64,000 nt of DNA from an uncultured Clostridia bacterium (lineage in GTDB: Bacteria; Bacillota; Clostridia; Christensenellales; UBA1242), in contig CALWQM010000012.1 in NCBI GenBank assembly GCA_944383685.1, forward strand, positions 16,560 through 80,559, in the 5' to 3' direction. The notes under the pieces were generated by a model, which was not told the origin of the DNA, searched no databases, and saw nothing but the letters and a program-made list of their open reading frames with translations. The position numbers and the translations under genes are program-made. The number at the start of each line of letters is the position of its first letter. The stretch's first letter is position 1. This document shows, piece after piece, positions 57,165 to 64,000 of this stretch.

Positions 57165-57481
57165 TATTGCCCACTATAAATAAGAATTGAAACAAAATAA
57201 AGAATTGCACAAACAAAAATTGTTATTGCCATAATAATGGTAATAAGCTTCAACTTTCCATCTCTTGAACTCCCCTTATTTTGTGCATAATAACTTTCTT
57301 TGATTCCAGTAATTGCCTCTGTTCCGCCACTATCTTCTGATTGGAAAAGAATTGTGATAATCATAACAAGAGCACATGCAAAGATAATGCAAAAAAGCAC
57401 AATCCTGATAATTGGAAAAGAATCGGATATCCAAATTGGAATTTGAGTTTCATCAGCAAGTAACATACTCATAAAGTTCAT
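57164..57481 (-). CDS. secG: Preprotein translocase subunit SecG
   Basis: Two TM helices flank ILFQSEDSGG. The secG-rnr-smpB-ssrA order matches Bacillus. Confidence 0.7.
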   Translation of the reverse strand: MNFMSMLLADETQIPIWISDSFPIIRIVLFCIIFACALVMIITILFQSEDSGGTEAITGIKESYYAQNKGSSRDGKLKLITIIMAITIFVCAILYFVSILIYSGQ

Positions 57482-57495
57482 AACATCTCCTTAAT

Positions 57496-57738
57496 TTACG
57501 CAAACTTTGCAACGCAAAGAACAACTACCACTGCTATAAACAAAATTGCAAGCACAAGCTGTCCCCATTTAATTTTATCGTCTTTATTATAGTTATAAGA
57601 TTTTTTAACAAAGACAGAGAGAAACAAAAGTCCACAAATAGCCAAAATTGAAACAACAATATAAAATGTGGTATCTGTCCAGGCATTGGTTATCCAATCG
57701 CTAAAATCTCCCCAAATGCTGCAAAGCATACTAATCAT
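57496..57738 (-). CDS. Small membrane protein (two TM helices)
   Basis: The ATG at 57738 follows AAGGAGAAAAAT. 80 aa. Confidence 0.5.
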   Translation of the reverse strand: MISMLCSIWGDFSDWITNAWTDTTFYIVVSILAICGLLFLSVFVKKSYNYNKDDKIKWGQLVLAILFIAVVVVLCVAKFA

Positions 57739-57919
57739 ATTTTTCTCCTTGCTAGGTAATTTTAACATAAAAAATTAAATATATCAACTGTTTTTAATAA
57801 TTTAATGCAAAAAAGATGTCAAACGGCAAAAAAATGGATAATAACAACTTCCAAAACATTTGCATTTTTTACTTTATATTGATAAAATATTTATTGAAAT
57901 TATATAATGAGGTAAGAAG

Positions 57920-59323
57920 ATGAATAAAACTAAAATAATATGCTCCATAGGTCCAGCTTGCTACAACGAAGAAACAATCACAAAAATGGCGCAAAATGGT
58001 ATGAACGTTGCAAGGTTCAACATGAGTCATGGCACACATGAATCTCATAAAGCAATGATTGATGTGGTTAAGAAAGTTAGAGAAAAATTAAATTTGCCAA
58101 TTGGAATAATGATTGACACAAAAGGTCCAGAAATCAGGGTTAAAGATTTTAAAGATGGAAAAATTTTCCTTAATATAGGCGACAAATTCACATTGACCAC
58201 AAAAGACATTATTGGGGATGAGCACAAAGTAAGCGTAACCTATAAAGGGCTTCCAAAAATTCTTAAAACTGGCAGTAAAATTTTAATGAACGATGGACTT
58301 ATCGAACTTGAAGTAAAGAAAATTAAGAATGATGAAGTTGAATGTGAAGTTAAAACAAGTGGCGAACTTTCGAATCATAAAAGTATCAATCTTCCTGGCA
58401 TCAAAACAGATATGCCATATTTAAGCGAACAGGATAAAAGTGACATCTTATTCGCCAAAGAAATGGAAGCAGATTTCATTGCAATTTCATTCATAAGTTA
58501 TCCGGAAGATGTTAAAGATGTAAGAAATTATCTTAAAAGTATAAAATTTACTAATGTCGGCATTATTTCAAAAATTGAAAGTGCAGATGGTGTTAAAAAC
58601 TTTGAGAAAATACTAAGTTGCTCGGACGGAATAATGGTTGCAAGAGGCGACCTTGGAGTGGAAATTAATTTTGTTAAACTTCCAACTTTGCAAAAACAGT
58701 TCATAAAAAAATGTAACGCACAAGGCAAAATTTGCATAACTGCCACCCAAATGCTTGAAAGTATGATTCAAAATAAACGCCCAACCCGTGCAGAAATTTC
58801 GGATGTTGCAAATGCTGTATATGACAAAACAACTGCAATCATGCTTTCTGGTGAAACTGCCTCTGGAAAATATCCCGTTGAAAGTGTTTCCACAATGAGA
58901 CAAATTGCAGAAGAAGTTGAAAAAGATATTCCTTTTAAACCTGTGGAATTTAAGACCCATAACACTTCTTCAAGCATTGGCTATGCCGTTTGCAGCTTGG
59001 CAGACACTGAAAATGTTAAGGCAATCAATGTTGTGACAAAAACAGGTGAAACAGCAAAATATGTAAGCAGATTTCATCCAGAAGTTCCAATCATTGCTTG
59101 CACACCAGATAAAAGAACATATTACAAAATGAGCCTTCTTTATGGAGTTGTTCCAGTGCTTGAAAAAGAATATAAAAATATGGATGATGTATTAAAAAAT
59201 GGCATTGAAAGAACAAAACAAACAAAACTTGTTAAAGTTGGCGACAAAATTGTTCAAACAGGCGGAATGAAAGCTGGGAAAAGAGGAAGTAATCTCCTTA
59301 TGGTTAAAAAGATTAAACAATAA
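57920..59323 (+). CDS. pyk: Pyruvate kinase
   Basis: MNKTKIICSIGPA..., NVARFNMSHG, MVARGDLGVE, MLSGETA. Confidence 0.95.
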   Translation: MNKTKIICSIGPACYNEETITKMAQNGMNVARFNMSHGTHESHKAMIDVVKKVREKLNLPIGIMIDTKGPEIRVKDFKDGKIFLNIGDKFTLTTKDIIGDEHKVSVTYKGLPKILKTGSKILMNDGLIELEVKKIKNDEVECEVKTSGELSNHKSINLPGIKTDMPYLSEQDKSDILFAKEMEADFIAISFISYPEDVKDVRNYLKSIKFTNVGIISKIESADGVKNFEKILSCSDGIMVARGDLGVEINFVKLPTLQKQFIKKCNAQGKICITATQMLESMIQNKRPTRAEISDVANAVYDKTTAIMLSGETASGKYPVESVSTMRQIAEEVEKDIPFKPVEFKTHNTSSSIGYAVCSLADTENVKAINVVTKTGETAKYVSRFHPEVPIIACTPDKRTYYKMSLLYGVVPVLEKEYKNMDDVLKNGIERTKQTKLVKVGDKIVQTGGMKAGKRGSNLLMVKKIKQ

Positions 59324-59336
59324 TTTCACAAAATAA

Positions 59337-59365
59337 AAAGCATTCTTTGATAGAATGCTTTTTTC
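59337..59365 (+). terminator. Terminator after pyk
   Basis: AAAGCATTCT-ttgat-AGAATGCTTT followed by TTTTC. Confidence 0.75.
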
Positions 59366-59508
59366 TACTATCATCATTTCAAAATGTCAATATTTTTTCA
59401 AAAGCAATTTTGATTTTAAAGAATTATTTACAAAGCAATTAAAAGAAATTTTTGATTTTTTTAATAAAAATAATGAATTTTTATATAAATTTATTGTATA
59501 ATTCCAAT

Positions 59509-60228
59509 ATGAAAAAAAGATTAGATTTAATTTTAACTGAAAGAAAGTTTTATAAATCAAGAGAAAAATCAAAAGAAGCAATCACATCTTCAAGAGTTTT
59601 TGTTAATGGAATTTTGGTAACAAAGCCATCAATGGAATTCGATGAAAATTGCGAAATTAATGCACTACCTTTTGAATTTGTGTCACGCGGTGGATTTAAA
59701 TTACAAAAAGCCATTGAAGAATTTAAAATTGATTTAAAAGATAAAGTTGTTATGGATATTGGCGCTTCAACTGGTGGTTTCACTGATGTATGCCTGCAAA
59801 ATGGCGCAAAAAAAGTTTATGCAATAGACACTGGAACATCCCAACTTGTTGACACCATAAAAAATAACCCAAAAGTGGTGGACCTATCAAAAACAAACTT
59901 TCTTACTCTTAATGCTGAAATTTTTCAAGATATTCAGTTTATTTGTATTGATGTTTCTTTTGTTAGTCTAACAAAATTCACAGAAAAATTAGCAACTGAC
60001 TTTAAAAATGTTGAAATTGTTGCCTTAATTAAACCACAGTTTGAATGCGGTTTGGAGTATGCCAGAAAACACAAAGGAATTGTTAAAGATGAAAAAATGC
60101 ATAAAAAAGTTATTGAAAACTTAAAAAAATCATTTATAAATGCAAATTTTAACATTTTAGGCTTAATTGAATCTCCTATAAAAGGTGGAGATGGAAACAA
60201 AGAATTTTTAATCTATGTTAAAAATTAA
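59509..60228 (+). CDS. tlyA: TlyA family rRNA (cytidine-2'-O)-methyltransferase
   Basis: S4-like N-terminus KRLDLILTERKF..SREKSKEAI, SRGGFKL, and the SAM motif VMDIGASTGGFTD. ATG at 59509. Confidence 0.85.
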   Translation: MKKRLDLILTERKFYKSREKSKEAITSSRVFVNGILVTKPSMEFDENCEINALPFEFVSRGGFKLQKAIEEFKIDLKDKVVMDIGASTGGFTDVCLQNGAKKVYAIDTGTSQLVDTIKNNPKVVDLSKTNFLTLNAEIFQDIQFICIDVSFVSLTKFTEKLATDFKNVEIVALIKPQFECGLEYARKHKGIVKDEKMHKKVIENLKKSFINANFNILGLIESPIKGGDGNKEFLIYVKN

Positions 60229-60250
60229 ACATAAAAAATTAACTAAAAAT

Positions 60251-60280
60251 AAAAGATCGTATTTAAAATACGATCTTTTT
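60251..60280. terminator. Bidirectional terminator between tlyA and the collagen-like gene
   Basis: aaaagatcgtattt (60251-60264) pairs with aaatacgatctttt (60266-79), flanked by A- and T-runs. Confidence 0.7.
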
Positions 60281-60294
60281 CCTACTATACAAAA

Positions 60295-61720
<1,426 letters not shown>

Positions 61721-61795
61721 TAAACTTGTGAAAAGAAAGCTTGTTCACTTTCAAATTAATATCTTTATAAATCTCACATTCATTTGCGAGATAAA

Positions 61796-61824
61796 TAAAA
61801 AAAGAAAGGAATATTCCTTTCTTT
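61796..61824 (-). terminator. Terminator after the second surface-protein paralog
   Basis: Perfect palindrome aaagaaaggaat/attcctttcttt, followed by a T-run on the minus strand. Confidence 0.75.
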
Positions 61825-61840
61825 AAGTAAATTTATCACT

Positions 61841-62581
61841 TTAAACACAGCCATATTCACTGACCTTAATTGTGAACTGAACACCTTGAATGTTGGTGCA
61901 AAGATTTTGTGTAAGCATTCCAAGTTCTGTATAAGATTTAATTGTGCTTGTGTTTGAGCCTAAGTTTCTTGTGTAATATTGCTTTATGCCATTCCCCAAT
62001 ATGTCACTTACAAGGTCACTAAATTTAACCGAATACTTCGCTGAACCTGTCTTGTTGTTTAACACACTTGATATCTCATCTGCGGAAGAAATGAACATAT
62101 TGGCAGACTGACTACTGCTTGTTATTCCTGTCCCAGAATAGGTTTCAACATTTGCACTGAATGCTGCTAAATAGGTTGTGGATGTTATGTTTTTCTTAAA
62201 CTCGTCAAGGGTTGTTGTGACATAGCCTTGTCCACCACCAAGCCTACCTGATGCATATTGCCCCGCATACACGATGGTGTCTAATACTGCAAAGGTATCT
62301 GTGGTTGTTCCATAACCTGATGTTTGTGAAGAAGAATATGCAAGTCTCCACCTGATTGGTTCAACCTTATACCAGTTGTTTCCATACTTACAATACTCAA
62401 CATTATTCACTTTCTTTGACACCATTGTTGTGCCATTGATGTAATAGGTAGCTCCGTTAGTGGAAGAACTATTAAGTTGTGAAATTAAGTTGCTATCTGT
62501 CACCTTTGTTTGTGGCATGTTTCCAATTTCCACATAATAGTATCCGCCTGCTGTGTCATATTTTGCCTCTAAGTTCGCTTG
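61841..62581 (-). repeat. Copy 2 of the ~740-nt conserved 3' module of the surface-protein family
   Basis: See 36985-37725. The two copies are in direct orientation, 24.9 kb apart. Confidence 0.85.
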
Positions 62582-64000
62582 CCAGTGTGCATAGACTGTT
62601 AAATCACCGTCATATTTATATTTTTTATCTTGCCAATATGTGCCATTTATGCAAACTCCATTCGCATCATAAACTTGCTCGCCACCACTTGCTGATGTAA
62701 AGAAGCCAACGATGCTATACCCTGTCTTTGTTGGAAGTTGACCACTTATATTCCAACAATTCCCTCCATCAAAAATTAATTTTGGAGACAAAACTTGTGT
62801 GTCAGGTGTTCCACCATTACCTTTAATAGTTAAAGTGTATTGTTTTGCTGTCCACTGAGCAACAAGTGTAACGTTGCCATACTTTCCTTTCACACTTGTT
62901 CCGCTTGCATATGTTGTTCCACTGCTCCAATTTCCGGAAGTTGCGCTTGGCTTCCAACCATTAAATGTGTAACCTTTTCTTGTGCTTGAAGATAATGTTG
63001 ATGTGCTTTCAATATTGTAACTTAGATTACTTGGCTTGCTTCCACCATTGCCGTCATATGTTATTGTGTATGTCACAACATTCCATTTAGCATATAGGTT
63101 CACCGTGGCTCCATTTGTGTTGGTTAAATTCTTAACACTTGCTTTGTCAGCATAAACAACCGAACCACTTGCACTTGTTGCCCAGCCTGCAAAACTGTAT
63201 CCTGTTTTTGCAAATGCATTCGCTGTTAAGTTTTGTGCTTTATCATATGTAAAAGTTTGATTACTCATGCTTCCACTTGTTGAGCCATTGCCATTGAATT
63301 TAACATAATATGTGTTCGCAGTCCATTGTGCATATAAGGTTGCATTACCATTCCCAGAATATGATGCGCCATTATTATAATGTGTTCCAGTTCCAGCCGA
63401 ATTTGCATTCCAACCATTCGCAGTGTAACCCGTGCGAGTTAAATTGTTAGATGCAAGGGTTACATTAAGGCCATGTGCTTTATACACCGCACTTGGTACA
63501 CTTCCACCAGTATTCCCATTTCCATTGTAAGTGATTGTATATCTTTCTCTTACATAAACATTTATTGTTGCATCTGCTGTTGTTGACCAAGAGTATGTAA
63601 AGGAATTTGTCGAAGAACTTGTCGTTGCTGAACCATTCCCCATGTAATATGTGTATGAGCCGTTTACTCTTGCTATTGTAATTGTCTGTGAATTTGGTCT
63701 ACAATAGGTAGAAAATGTAGATGAATTTCCAGTTGATATCGTTTGACTTAATCCTATTGTTGAATTTGTGGCTGTTATTGTTGTTGAATGTCCACTTGTG
63801 TAGTTTCCACTTGCATATTTAATTGTTAATGTGTAAGCTTTTGCAAATAGCCCATATATACTTGACCGAGCCGACGCTGTGAAAGAATATGAGGTTGACG
63901 TTGAAAGTCTATTCGTTGACTCATTTGAAATTGATGGGCTAGATGAATACCACCCTACAAACTGATAACCACTATTGGCAGTTGCAGTTAAGGTAACAGT
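61841..64000 (-). CDS. Surface protein paralog with Listeria-Bacteroides / InlB-B repeats and the conserved C-terminal domain; 5' end lies outside the window
   Basis: My own translation shows the frame stays open from 63643 up to position 64000 (…VTLTATANSGYQFVGWYSS…YTYYMGNGSATT…). So the Met at 63643 is internal. At least 5 repeats carry the GY.F.GW / LYA.W motifs. Confidence 0.85.
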   Translation of the reverse strand, partial: TVTLTATANSGYQFVGWYSSSPSISNESTNRLSTSTSYSFTASARSSIYGLFAKAYTLTIKYASGNYTSGHSTTITATNSTIGLSQTISTGNSSTFSTYCRPNSQTITIARVNGSYTYYMGNGSATTSSSTNSFTYSWSTTADATINVYVRERYTITYNGNGNTGGSVPSAVYKAHGLNVTLASNNLTRTGYTANGWNANSAGTGTHYNNGASYSGNGNATLYAQWTANTYYVKFNGNGSTSGSMSNQTFTYDKAQNLTANAFAKTGYSFAGWATSASGSVVYADKASVKNLTNTNGATVNLYAKWNVVTYTITYDGNGGSKPSNLSYNIESTSTLSSSTRKGYTFNGWKPSATSGNWSSGTTYASGTSVKGKYGNVTLVAQWTAKQYTLTIKGNGGTPDTQVLSPKLIFDGGNCWNISGQLPTKTGYSIVGFFTSASGGEQVYDANGVCINGTYWQDKKYKYDGDLTVYAHWQANLEAKYDTAGGYYYVEIGNMPQTKVTDSNLISQLNSSSTNGATYYINGTTMVSKKVNNVEYCKYGNNWYKVEPIRWRLAYSSSQTSGYGTTTDTFAVLDTIVYAGQYASGRLGGGQGYVTTTLDEFKKNITSTTYLAAFSANVETYSGTGITSSSQSANMFISSADEISSVLNNKTGSAKYSVKFSDLVSDILGNGIKQYYTRNLGSNTSTIKSYTELGMLTQNLCTNIQGVQFTIKVSEYGCV

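Overview
This is an AT-rich (about 30% G+C by eye) chromosomal segment from a Firmicutes/Clostridia-like endospore former. Almost all genes lie on the minus strand.

Core content:
- Housekeeping genes: rarA, ftsY, smc, rnc, plsX, rpmF, ackA, pta, degV, metK, plsC, rluB-like, murI, rpsT, ung, tsaD, prfB, a P-type Ca-ATPase, smpB, rnr, secG, pyk, tlyA.
- Sporulation genes: sigK-like pro-sigma factor, ylbJ-like, ytfJ, a DUF2953-like gene, gpr, and a DacB/DacF-type carboxypeptidase.
- RNA genes and elements: RNase P RNA, tmRNA, tRNA-Gly/Cys/Leu, a SAM-I riboswitch upstream of metK, and the classical prfB +1 frameshift site.

Accessory or unusual content:
1. A roughly 4.1 kb lipoprotein gene (36985-41091) built from InlB-B/Listeria-Bacteroides-type repeats. 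It is split by two frameshifts. Its promoter has a G-rich spacer tract (G4-A-G6).
2. An intact paralog that runs off the right edge (61841-64000). It shares an approximately 90% identical 740-nt 3' module with the first gene.
3. A BclA-like collagen-repeat protein (60295-61665).
4. A decayed promoter plus signal-peptide remnant of the same lipoprotein family, inserted between rpmF and plsX.
5. Small promoter-to-terminator structured units flanking the lipoprotein gene. These are candidate sRNAs.
6. An 87-nt perfect cloverleaf palindrome between rnc and smc.
7. A translationally coupled three-gene operon (18819-21615) that contains a HIT(H-x-C-x-H)-RNase HI fusion.
8. A 452-aa protein with a DisA/CdaA-like domain that lacks the RHR motif.

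No CRISPR array, transposase, integrase or reverse transcriptase was seen. All functional calls rest on motif recognition by eye. No database search was run.
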